A stretch of 64,000 nt of DNA from an uncultured Candidatus Saccharibacteria bacterium (lineage in GTDB: Bacteria > Patescibacteriota > Minisyncoccia > Phycocordibacterales > UBA9973), in NCBI GenBank assembly GCA_964468315.1, contig CAYXTA010000003.1, positions 19,000-82,999 on the forward strand, read 5' to 3'. Under the pieces are notes generated by a model. The model ran no database searches and was not told the DNA's origin. It worked only from the letters and a program-made list of their open reading frames with translations. Positions within the stretch are counted from its first letter, which is position 1. Each line of letters starts with the position of its first letter. This document shows positions 10,059 through 18,221 of the stretch, one piece after another. The position numbers were made by a program, and so were the translations under genes.

Positions 10059-11584
10059 TTCTGTACTCCATGCTTTGCGTGGAGTTTTTTTATTTCTTCT
10101 TCTTCAGTTAATTCTTTCTTTTCTTTCGCTTTCTGTCCCAGAGCTTTGAGTTCTATGTCCGATAGAGTATTTAGTTCTTTCACACGGACATCAAGATATT
10201 CACGGACATTTTTACTAGGCTCATCAAGGACTTCTTCTAATAAAGCATTTAAAATAAAGCCCATTTTTGGTCCGGGTGTTATTCCTAGTTCTTTCATAAG
10301 TACATTACCATCTATTTTAAGTTGTGAGACGGATATAGGATCACGCAAACATTCTTCGATCATTGCATGATATTTTCGAAGACGATATGGAGCTTCTTTC
10401 TTTTTCATACCGACTCTGTCGCATTCACGCACTTGCATCAAATCCCAAATATTTTCTTTCCCAACATTCACGATCACCCTACGCACAGCAGAGAGTGTGA
10501 TAGTTTCCGTATCAGAAAAAAACATATGATAGCGTACAAGTTTTTCTACTTTTTCTGAAATATCTTTCGGGAATTTTAATCGTTCCATTATTTTTTTTAC
10601 CATGCGTGCACCGATAACTTCGTGACCATAGAAAGTATACTTCCCTTTTCCTCCTGCTTTTGTTCCATCCCATCTGCGTGTACGAGGTTTCCCTATATCA
10701 TGAAAAAGCGCAGAAAGCCTTATATCTAAAGGTAAATTTTTCTCTGCAGCATGTCCTAATGCATGGAGGATATGATCAAAAACATCATAGATGTGTTCAC
10801 CTTTTTGTTCACAATGTATTCCCTCTTCGAGTTCTGGAATAATATTTTTTAAAATTCCAAATCGTGAAAGCATACTTATACCTATCATCGGATTTTCTGA
10901 CATAATTATTTTTATAAATTCATCACGAATTCTTTCTGTGGATATCTTTTTTATTAGTTCTGAATTTTTTAAAATACTTTCTGTTGTTTCATGCGAGATA
11001 CTGAAATTTAATTGTGTAGAAAATCGTACTGCACGCACGAGACGAAGTGCATCTTCAGTAAATCTTTCATCTGCTTCCCCTACTGTACGAATCACTTTAT
11101 TTTGTATGTCCTTTAAACCTTCGAACATGTCTGTTAAATGTCCTTTTGAATCTAAAGCCAGTGTATTTATAGTAAAATCACGTCTTTTAAGGTCATCTTC
11201 TAGCTTTGTACTGAATTTTATTTCATCCGGATGTCTAAAATCACTATATCCAGCTTCAATTCTGTACGGTGTAACCTCAATTATCTCATATTCTGGTTCT
11301 TTGTTTTCATCTTCAGTTATAGTTTCACGTGTAACTTCTTTTGGAATACAAACACCAACTGTTCCAAAGTTATTCTCATAAACAGTTTTTTCGAATAAAG
11401 CTATTATTTGTTCTGGATTAGCATTTGTTGTTACATCCCAATCGTTCGGTTCCCTATTCATTATAAGATCACGAACACATCCACCGACTAGGTATGCTTC
11501 AAAACCAGCTTTTTCTAGAGCTTGTGTTACATGTGAAACTTCTTTAGGTATTTTACTTATTAAATTTTTTGTAAGTGTTTCCAC
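10055..11584 (-). CDS. cca: CCA-adding tRNA nucleotidyltransferase with C-terminal HD domain
   Basis: LVGGCVRDLIMNREPNDWDVTT (class II NT), RRDFTINTLA, HD motif HDIGK. The ORF-track start at 11662 overlaps tRNA-Gly, so the start is placed at in-frame GTG 11584. Confidence 0.85.
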   Translation of the reverse strand: METLTKNLISKIPKEVSHVTQALEKAGFEAYLVGGCVRDLIMNREPNDWDVTTNANPEQIIALFEKTVYENNFGTVGVCIPKEVTRETITEDENKEPEYEIIEVTPYRIEAGYSDFRHPDEIKFSTKLEDDLKRRDFTINTLALDSKGHLTDMFEGLKDIQNKVIRTVGEADERFTEDALRLVRAVRFSTQLNFSISHETTESILKNSELIKKISTERIRDEFIKIIMSENPMIGISMLSRFGILKNIIPELEEGIHCEQKGEHIYDVFDHILHALGHAAEKNLPLDIRLSALFHDIGKPRTRRWDGTKAGGKGKYTFYGHEVIGARMVKKIMERLKFPKDISEKVEKLVRYHMFFSDTETITLSAVRRVIVNVGKENIWDLMQVRECDRVGMKKKEAPYRLRKYHAMIEECLRDPISVSQLKIDGNVLMKELGITPGPKMGFILNALLEEVLDEPSKNVREYLDVRVKELNTLSDIELKALGQKAKEKKELTEEEEIKKLHAKHGVQK

Positions 11585-11605
11585 TCCAATAATTCTTTTT
11601 ATCTG

Positions 11606-11676
11606 TGCGGCGTAGGAGAATCGAACTCCTGTCTCATCCTTGGCAAGGACGTGTTCTACCACTAAACCAACACCGC
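11606..11676 (-). tRNA. tRNA-Gly (anticodon GCC), no encoded CCA
   Basis: folded by hand: acceptor GCGGTGT/ACGCCGC (one G-U), D stem GTTT/GAAC loop AGTGGTA, anticodon stem CGTCC/GGATG loop TTGCCAA, T arm AGGAG-TTCGATT-CTCCT; 3' is A-CA, not CCA. Confidence 0.85.
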
Positions 11677-11855
11677 GCTTTAACTAACTTTTAAATTTTA
11701 CTTATCAAACATGACTATTATGACATGAAAAACCACTAAACCAACACCGCAAGTGTTGTTATTTTTAATAATTCAATTATATCAGTTTTTTATTGTATTG
11801 CAATTTTTTAATTTACTTACTTAGCTATTTAGCTTATACTTATAAAGAGCATTTC

Positions 11856-11930
11856 GCACCCGTGGTGAAATGGATATCACAACGGTCTTCGGAACCGTTA
11901 TTGGGGGTTCGAATCCCTCCGGGTGCACCA
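11856..11930 (+). tRNA. tRNA-Arg (anticodon TCG), CCA encoded
   Basis: acceptor GCACCCG/CGGGTGC, D stem GTGA/TCAC, anticodon stem ACGGT/ACCGT loop CTTCGGA, T loop TTCGAAT, 3' ACCA. Confidence 0.9.
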
Positions 11931-12009
11931 GCAGGCGAGAAAGCAAATTTATTTGCTTTTGTGAGGGTATTCGAAAGGCTTTTCTATGCGAGCCTGGCGA
12001 GACAGAAAA

Positions 12010-12049
12010 GCACCTGGCTACGTAGTAGCCGAATCCTTCCGGGTGCACA
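12010..12049 (+). pseudogene. internally deleted tRNA-Arg-like remnant (acceptor + T-arm minihelix)
   Basis: GCACCTGG...CGAATCCTTCCGGGTGCAC copies the 5' 8 nt and 3' 20 nt (18/20) of the adjacent tRNA-Arg, with the D and anticodon arms replaced by a GGCTAC-GTA-GTAGCC hairpin. Confidence 0.45.
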
Positions 12050-12247
12050 TTAAAGACAGTAGTAGATTTGTCCTTTTATTTCATGTTAAATTATAAGGAT
12101 TTTACACAAAACTGTGGATAAGTCTGTTAGTAATGTTTATAAAGGACAAATATTTTTATGTCTTTTAAAGACATGTTTTGTCTAATAGCTTGTAATATAA
12201 GGGTTTTTTAGAAAAAGAAGAAAAATAGCTTAATTTATATAAAAAGT

Positions 12248-12270
12248 GTTTCACGTGAAACGTTTCACGA
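12248..12270. promoter_or_regulatory. candidate operator: GTTTCAC GTGAAAC GTTTCAC (perfect 14-bp palindrome plus third half-site)
   Basis: read directly; sits 15 nt upstream of the yraN ATG. Confidence 0.35.
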
Positions 12271-12284
12271 GTAACATAACAAAT

Positions 12285-12737
12285 ATGCCTAAGGTTTTTA
12301 CTTCAGAAAAACAAAAAATAGGGGAAATTGGCGAGAATGTCGCTTGTAAGTTTCTCGTGAAACACGGCTTTACTATTCTAGAAAGAAATTACACTAAAAA
12401 GTGGGGAGAAATAGATATTGTCGCACAACGACAAGAAAATAGGGCCCGCCTGCTCCCGAACCAGCGTGAGGGCGGGCAGGGATTAAAGCTATATTTTATT
12501 GAAGTTAAGGCTGTTACACGAGATTTGAATGTTATTCGTGAAACATTAGATAGTTATAGACCAGAAGATAATATGCATCCCTGGAAGCTTAAAAGGCTCT
12601 CAAGGACAATCCAAACATATTTAGTGTCCAAACATGTCTCTGAGAGTACAGAATGGCAATTTGACCTATTGGTGGTCTTTTTAGATATGAATAATAAGAA
12701 AGCGAGAGTCAAAAGGGTAGAGGATGTTATTTTATAA
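12285..12737 (+). CDS. yraN: UPF0102/YraN-family endonuclease-like protein
   Basis: IGEIGENVACKFLVKHGFTILERNYTKKWGEIDIVA...LYFIEVKA; contains an in-frame GC-rich insertion; ATG 12285 preferred over GTG 12246. Confidence 0.7.
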   Translation: MPKVFTSEKQKIGEIGENVACKFLVKHGFTILERNYTKKWGEIDIVAQRQENRARLLPNQREGGQGLKLYFIEVKAVTRDLNVIRETLDSYRPEDNMHPWKLKRLSRTIQTYLVSKHVSESTEWQFDLLVVFLDMNNKKARVKRVEDVIL

Positions 12738-12760
12738 GGATTAAGTGTTATAATTTCTCT

Positions 12761-13744
12761 ATGGAAAACTTTTTCAAAAAATCTATAAAAAAACTTGCCA
12801 CTGGTGCGGCTTTTGTAGGTGCTCTTGCTGGTTCGCCCGAAAAAGCTTATGGGCAGGTTATAGGTGTTGATAAAAATAAAACAAAAGAAAAAACAGAAGT
12901 ACCTGCTTACCATACAACTGATCCGCATGATCCGAGGATACAGGCATATAAAGATAGTATGAATAAGTATAGTACATATGAACGTTTTGCTAAAAATTGG
13001 AGGAATGATACTATTGGGTTTTTTGGCTCCAAAACAAAAATTACAACAACAAAAAAGCCTTTAGAGAAAGGTGCTGGAGATTTTTATAAGAAAGATAAAA
13101 TACAACCCTCTGAATGGTTAAATAAAGAAAGTTATAATAAGAATTATCTTGGGCCAACATATACTTATAATCCAGATAATGGATTGTATACTGATCCCAG
13201 CACTCCTTTTATTGAAGAAGACATTGATAGAAGTAAGATAAAGAAAATATTTCCTAAAATTACAGACGAAAATATTAATGAGGAAATTAAAAGGTCTCGA
13301 CAGGATTTAGAGAAACCAGTAACTTCCTATGACCAACCCTTCCTAATTAAGGGTTCTGTAGTGGGTGGTCCTTCTAATTTTACAAATGATCCAAGTAAAG
13401 GATATAAGGCAGAAAGTATAACAAATACGAAAATCACTAAAGGGTCCTCTTCCTTGCCCATGTATAAAAAACCAGTTCAAGAAGTTGTTTTAGATAAAAC
13501 CGATAACAAAATAGAAAACATAAAAAGAGAAATTGAACAAAAAATCTCAGAAAAAGAAATGGTTTTACCTAAAGGCCCGCTTAAATACGCTACAGTAGAC
13601 AAAGCTGGACAGAAATATTTCTTTATGACAGACAGCGTTGGTGGTACAGTTAGGTCTGTGACAGAGCGGGCTTATCAAAATGATTATAAAGATCTTCCTG
13701 AAGTGAAATACGAGGATCTAAAGAAGTTTCAAGAAGGGAAGTAA
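12761..13744 (+). CDS. secreted hypothetical protein (327 aa)
   Basis: signal peptide MENFFKKSIKKLATGAAFVGALAGSPEKAYGQ; Lys/Asp-rich. Confidence 0.55.
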   Translation: MENFFKKSIKKLATGAAFVGALAGSPEKAYGQVIGVDKNKTKEKTEVPAYHTTDPHDPRIQAYKDSMNKYSTYERFAKNWRNDTIGFFGSKTKITTTKKPLEKGAGDFYKKDKIQPSEWLNKESYNKNYLGPTYTYNPDNGLYTDPSTPFIEEDIDRSKIKKIFPKITDENINEEIKRSRQDLEKPVTSYDQPFLIKGSVVGGPSNFTNDPSKGYKAESITNTKITKGSSSLPMYKKPVQEVVLDKTDNKIENIKREIEQKISEKEMVLPKGPLKYATVDKAGQKYFFMTDSVGGTVRSVTERAYQNDYKDLPEVKYEDLKKFQEGK

Positions 13745-13791
13745 GATTTGAGAAAAAGCTTTTTTGTGATATAGTCTTATCTGTTATGTAA

Positions 13792-13862
13792 CGGGCTGTC
13801 GTATACCGGTAGTACACGTGTTTTGGGAACACGTTGACTGGGTTCGATTCCCAGCAGCCCGA
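13792..13862 (+). tRNA. tRNA-Pro (anticodon TGG), no encoded CCA
   Basis: acceptor CGGGCTG/CAGCCCG, anticodon stem CGTGT/ACACG loop TTTGGGA (G37), T arm CTGGG-TTCGATT-CCCAG. Confidence 0.85.
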
Positions 13863-13900
13863 AAGAATTTAGATAAATTTAATTATTTACTATTTGGTTT

Positions 13901-14197
13901 ATGTTTTTGTATAATATATATATGTTTAAATTTGAACCATTTTTTAAAAAAACACCCAAAGAGGAAAATATTCCAGAGAATGTCTCTAATTTAATAAGAC
14001 AGAAAGTTATAGATGAATTGGGTTCTAATTATGGTCAAGAGGCACAAAAATTAGGTAAAGATTCTAATTATAAATTTCTTTCAGAACAAGAAGAAATTTT
14101 ATTTGAAAAGAGAATAAAGGATCCTGAATATGTTAGAAAAATAACTGAAGAAATTCAAAGAAAAGAAATAATTAATAAAAAAGCCCAGAAGAACTAG
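13901..14197 (+). CDS. hypothetical protein (98 aa); possibly frameshifted, ORF continues in another frame to 14330
   Basis: ORF; downstream 45-codon open frame without a start codon begins at an A6 run (14176-14182). Confidence 0.4.
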   Translation: MFLYNIYMFKFEPFFKKTPKEENIPENVSNLIRQKVIDELGSNYGQEAQKLGKDSNYKFLSEQEEILFEKRIKDPEYVRKITEEIQRKEIINKKAQKN

Positions 14198-14340
14198 CGA
14201 TAGAAGCTGAAAGGATAAAGGAACATAATTTAAGAAAAGATCAAAGATTTACGCACGGTGATAATATTAGAAAAGCTTTAAAATCACATATTGAAGAGAA
14301 ATATTCTAACGAAGATAAAAATATATAACTTTTAATACAA

Positions 14341-14374
14341 AAAAACACCTAGAATTTTCTAGGTGTTTTTTTTG
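14341..14374 (+). terminator. rho-independent terminator (acacctag-aatttt-ctaggtgt + T9)
   Basis: 8-bp stem, long T-run. Confidence 0.6.
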
Positions 14375-14381
14375 TTTATTT

Positions 14382-14455
14382 TGGTGCGGGATAAGGGAGT
14401 CGAACCCTTCACCACAGTTTGGAAAACTGTTATTTTACCGATAAACTAATCCCGC
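14382..14455 (-). tRNA. tRNA-Gly (anticodon TCC), CCA encoded
   Basis: acceptor GCGGGAT/ATCCCGC, anticodon stem ACAGT/ACTGT loop TTTCCAA, T arm AAGGG-TTCGACT-CCCTT, 3' ACCA. Confidence 0.9.
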
Positions 14456-14559
14456 AATGTTTTTATATTAACATTTTTATTATAAAAAGCGAGTTTTTAT
14501 TTTATTGCTCAATATTTATTTGTATGTTAAAAATAAAGGGAACTTAAAACCTTAAAAAC

Positions 14560-15114
14560 ATGAATACATATATAGTAGATCAGAAACTCTGGCATTCAAG
14601 CAGTTATCCATCAATGAACCGTTTTTTGCTTGTATTGGAAATTATTGTAAAAAAATTACATCCTTCTCATCTGGATCCAGGTTTCATTATTTCCTTTTAT
14701 AATAAGCATGAAAAGAAACTTATTTCAGAACCTATCGGACATATTCCAATGGGTAAAGATAAAAAACACATACATGAATCAACTATTGGTGTTCTAGAGT
14801 TGCTAATGAACGAAAAGCTTATTTTTTCTTCAGACGTAAGAGCGATAAATATAGATCATCATCTTGCGAGCACTTCTGGTTATGGAAAATTGTATGAACA
14901 ACAAAATCTTTGTGTAGCTATAAGCGCTCTCTGGATTATTGTTTATGATTTATATCACCATAATAGTACTCATTCGAAACCAATATCGGATGAAATTTTT
15001 TTACAAACTTTTAATAGTCGCGCTATTTTCGTAAGTCAAAATTTAATTAAATATAATTCTTATTTTTTAAAAATTGTCCGTGAAACAAAGATCTTGTGGC
15101 ATAGTGTTAAATGA
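14560..15114 (+). CDS. hypothetical protein (184 aa)
   Basis: ORF only. Confidence 0.45.
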   Translation: MNTYIVDQKLWHSSSYPSMNRFLLVLEIIVKKLHPSHLDPGFIISFYNKHEKKLISEPIGHIPMGKDKKHIHESTIGVLELLMNEKLIFSSDVRAINIDHHLASTSGYGKLYEQQNLCVAISALWIIVYDLYHHNSTHSKPISDEIFLQTFNSRAIFVSQNLIKYNSYFLKIVRETKILWHSVK

Positions 15115-15243
15115 AGAACCCCCCAACCATAATCGTGGTGGGGGATTTTTATTTAGGTAAGTTGTATTTGACTTTTAGTAATTTATATGTTAATCTGTAT
15201 TTAGAACTAAAAATAAATGTTAAATCTTTAAAAACAAAAAATA

Positions 15244-15837
15244 TTGAAAACACTAATTTTAATTGCATTTGTTCTCCTTTTTGGATCGAGCTTTGCGCAA
15301 ATCAATGAATCAAACCTTGTAAAAGATACCGTAATTATCGGAAATCAAGCAATGGTAAGAGTTAGTAAATGTAATTACACTTATGTTGATTCTGTGACAC
15401 TTCCTTTTAAAGGTGCTTCACCTTCGGAAGTATATAGGATTGCAAAAACAACAAAAGTCTTAGAGGTATATAAAAATATAGTTTTTTTTAGAACAACCAC
15501 TATTAAGTATTATGATGTTTATAGATACAATACAATTGATCATAAGTGGGAGAAAGATAAAGACCAAAAAACAGTTACAAGTCCGAGTATTATGGATGTT
15601 TATAGCTTTTATTTTTTACTTTGGATTATTCTAATTGTTTTATATGTATTTTTTTCTAGACTTACTAAAAGGATTTTTGGCAAAATGTTTATTGCAATTT
15701 TAATTTTTGTAATTATTATTGGTATTTTTATTTTATTTTCACATGCTTTTGTTTTTGGTTGGGAGTTCTATATTCCTAGCATTTTAATTTTATTAGTAAT
15801 CTTTTTTATAGAAAGGAAAAAAATTAAAAAATCTTAA
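15244..15837 (+). CDS. hypothetical secreted/membrane protein (197 aa)
   Basis: signal peptide MKTLILIAFVLLFGSSFAQ and three C-terminal hydrophobic helices. Confidence 0.5.
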   Translation: MKTLILIAFVLLFGSSFAQINESNLVKDTVIIGNQAMVRVSKCNYTYVDSVTLPFKGASPSEVYRIAKTTKVLEVYKNIVFFRTTTIKYYDVYRYNTIDHKWEKDKDQKTVTSPSIMDVYSFYFLLWIILIVLYVFFSRLTKRIFGKMFIAILIFVIIIGIFILFSHAFVFGWEFYIPSILILLVIFFIERKKIKKS

Positions 15838-15840
15838 TTA

Positions 15841-15878
15841 AAAAATCCCCTCGCTCATTGAGCAGGGGATTTTGTTTT
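15841..15878. terminator. bidirectional terminator (aaaatcccctcgctc-attg-agcaggggatttt)
   Basis: hairpin between convergent genes. Confidence 0.6.
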
Positions 15879-16953
15879 ATGGTTTTGTACCGAGAGTTTC
15901 TAGATAATTCACATGAGAAACTATTGCGTCCAAAAAGGTAGATTTTTCGTTGTAAGTAATTCCAAACTCTTTGCAGTGTTCTTTTACTATTGGTTTTATT
16001 TTTGGATAGTGAATATGGTTTATCTCAGGAAATAAATGATGTTCAGTTTGAAAATTGAGACCACCAGTAAACAATGTTACAAACCAATTGCTAGTAGCAA
16101 AATTTGAAGTAGACTGTATTTGATGAACAGCCCATTCTTGCTTAATTTGATTATCTTGATCTGTGATAGGGTTATCAACTCCTTCCACTACATGCGCAAG
16201 CTGGAAAATAACACTAATAAAAAGTCCACATGTTGCGCAAAGCAATAAATAACCAAAGAAAAATTTCCAGAATCCTAAAAAATAAATTGGAACAACTATA
16301 ATGTAAAAGATGTAAAAAAATTTACTTAACCAAAAAATGAAATGCTCACTTAAAGGTATTTCTCCTATATCTTGCCCATGTATTTTTCCAGAGAAGTATT
16401 TTTTAAAATCTGCATACCAAACCCACAAAAAATAAGTAACTGTGTAAAGAGGGAAGGCATAAATGTATTGGTATTTATGGTATTTTTCCCATTTTTGGTT
16501 TGTGTGAACACGCATAAATGGAATATCTATGTCTTCATCTATTCCATCTAAGTTTGTAAATCTGTGGTGGAGCCAGTTATGTTTTGTTTCCCACAGGAAA
16601 GCATTTGCTCCTACAAGGTTTAGTGAGAGAAAAAGAAAATAATTTACCTTTTCATGTTTTGAATAACTTCCATGACCTGCATCGTGCATAATATTAAAAC
16701 CAATACATGCAAATACAATTCCTAGGAACATCCAAAGGGTCAGTGTAAAAAAAGTAGATTGATTTCCTAGAATAATAAGAAAATAAGTTGATACATAAGC
16801 AAAAATCAAAATGAATGCTTTGGCATATGTATATAAATTTGCTGTTTTGTTTTTTCTATTTCTATCAAAATAGAAATCAATTTTTCTTTTTAGTTCAGGG
16901 AAAAACAATTTTCCCTCTCGAGCTTTAAATTTTGGGAGTTTGATTGTTTCCAT
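15877..16953 (-). CDS. membrane fatty-acid desaturase (di-iron, three His boxes)
   Basis: HDAGH, HNWLHH and QTEHHLFP histidine boxes with 4-6 TM helices (PF00487-like). Confidence 0.85.
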   Translation of the reverse strand: METIKLPKFKAREGKLFFPELKRKIDFYFDRNRKNKTANLYTYAKAFILIFAYVSTYFLIILGNQSTFFTLTLWMFLGIVFACIGFNIMHDAGHGSYSKHEKVNYFLFLSLNLVGANAFLWETKHNWLHHRFTNLDGIDEDIDIPFMRVHTNQKWEKYHKYQYIYAFPLYTVTYFLWVWYADFKKYFSGKIHGQDIGEIPLSEHFIFWLSKFFYIFYIIVVPIYFLGFWKFFFGYLLLCATCGLFISVIFQLAHVVEGVDNPITDQDNQIKQEWAVHQIQSTSNFATSNWFVTLFTGGLNFQTEHHLFPEINHIHYPKIKPIVKEHCKEFGITYNEKSTFLDAIVSHVNYLETLGTKP

Positions 16954-17029
16954 TTTATTTTTTTTATTTAGTTTACAAAGGTAATGACTTTCATTACCTT
17001 AACTTGTTTAAATATATTGTATCACAAAC

Positions 17030-17060
17030 ACAAAACCCGCCATAGGCGGGTTTTGTGTTT
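17030..17060. terminator. terminator (aaacccgcc-atag-ggcgggttt)
   Basis: 9-bp perfect GC-rich stem. Confidence 0.6.
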
Positions 17061-17077
17061 TATCTCGAGATAAAATA

Positions 17078-17350
17078 TTATTCAACTGCATCCTTCAAAC
17101 CTTTTGCTGGTCTGAATTTTGGAACTTTCTTAGCAGCAACTTTAACTTGCTCTCCAGTTTTTGGATTGCGAGCCATACGAGCAGCTCTTCCTTTTACAGA
17201 AAAGATACCAAAGCCTGCGATTGATACTTCACCCCCTTTTTTCATTGTAGAAACGATAGTATCAAAAACTCCGTCAACGATTTCTTCAGCTTGTACTTTT
17301 GTACCGCCGAGTTTTCCTTGAACCATTTCAACTAATCCTTGTTTGTTCAT
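17078..17350 (-). CDS. hup: DNA-binding protein HU
   Basis: 90 aa; GFGIFSVKGRAARMARNPKTGEQVKV arm motif. Confidence 0.92.
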   Translation of the reverse strand: MNKQGLVEMVQGKLGGTKVQAEEIVDGVFDTIVSTMKKGGEVSIAGFGIFSVKGRAARMARNPKTGEQVKVAAKKVPKFRPAKGLKDAVE

Positions 17351-17456
17351 AGTATAATTTTTTTTAAAATTTGTAATACTTCGACCATTTAACCCTTTGA
17401 TTACTTACCTATACATTATATAGTAAGGGTTTTTTTAGGCAATAGTACGAATATTA

Positions 17457-17484
17457 TTGACTTTTATATATATTATAGTATAAT
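17457..17484 (+). promoter_or_regulatory. sigma70 promoter TTGACT-16-TATAAT
   Basis: consensus -10, 65 nt upstream of the 17550 ORF. Confidence 0.55.
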
Positions 17485-17549
17485 AGATACAGAATATTAC
17501 AGGCCTTGGAAAGTCCATCGCTCTTTTAAAAAACCTAAAATCATTTTTT

Positions 17550-18161
17550 ATGAAAAAACCAGTAGCTTGCCTATTAAAAAGAGGTGAAATGATTGTTCCT
17601 TTTGCAGGAAATTATATCAGGGTTGACCAAAATTTTACTTACTTACCAAGTAAATCTGAAGAAGAAACTCTTGTTCCTATTGATAATAAATATTGGAATG
17701 TTGAATCGAGAAAAAAATCGGGAGAAATTACCTTAAATGAAGATCAGCAAAAGCTTATTTTACAAGCTTTTGCTGATAGAGATAAACATTTTGAAGTTGT
17801 GAAAGACAAAATTAATAAAATGTCTATAAAGGACATAAGTCCTTTATTTGCAACAAAAGACAAAGAAAAAATGTTTTTTCAGCTTATGCTTTGTTTGACT
17901 TATTTTAAGGCTTTGCCGGAAAATCAAGAATTTCGCAATGAACTTGGTTTTGCTTTGTTCGACAATCAGATGTGTTTAATAAAAAAGTTCGAACCTTCTA
18001 GACAAGAAGAAATTATTAAACTTTTTAGAAGCAGATTTATTCAAGGTGTTCCGGAAGAGTTAAAAAAAATGATTCGTATTTGCCTAATTGGTTCTTATGA
18101 AAATCAAAGCAAAAAATTATTGGCTTTAGGAAAAACTAAAACCAATTTAGTTTTTAATTAG
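17550..18161 (+). CDS. hypothetical protein (203 aa)
   Basis: ORF only. Confidence 0.45.
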   Translation: MKKPVACLLKRGEMIVPFAGNYIRVDQNFTYLPSKSEEETLVPIDNKYWNVESRKKSGEITLNEDQQKLILQAFADRDKHFEVVKDKINKMSIKDISPLFATKDKEKMFFQLMLCLTYFKALPENQEFRNELGFALFDNQMCLIKKFEPSRQEEIIKLFRSRFIQGVPEELKKMIRICLIGSYENQSKKLLALGKTKTNLVFN

Positions 18162-18178
18162 TCTTTTTGTTTGAAACC

Positions 18179-18211
18179 AAAAGACCCGCAACTATGTTGC
18201 GGGTCTTTTTA
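18179..18211. terminator. bidirectional terminator (aagacccgcaac-tatg-ttgcgggtctt)
   Basis: 11-bp stem + T5. Confidence 0.65.
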
Positions 18212-18221
18212 AATTCATGTT

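Noticed and set aside
5382-12049. Integrative element bounded by the tyrosine recombinase and the tRNA-Arg partial repeat
   Set aside because: Core housekeeping genes (xth, cca, tRNA-Gly) lie between them. The recombinase has the XerC/D catalytic signature and is more likely the chromosome-dimer resolvase. The tRNA remnant is only about 80 nt from the intact tRNA.
11931-12049. tmRNA or other structured ncRNA downstream of tRNA-Arg
   Set aside because: Far too short for tmRNA and no resume-codon/tag ORF. Similarity is confined to tRNA-Arg ends, so it is better explained as a deleted tRNA copy.
12554-12928. 124-aa minus-strand ORF overlapping the yraN 3' end and the next gene's start
   Set aside because: Antisense to two supported genes, no conserved motif
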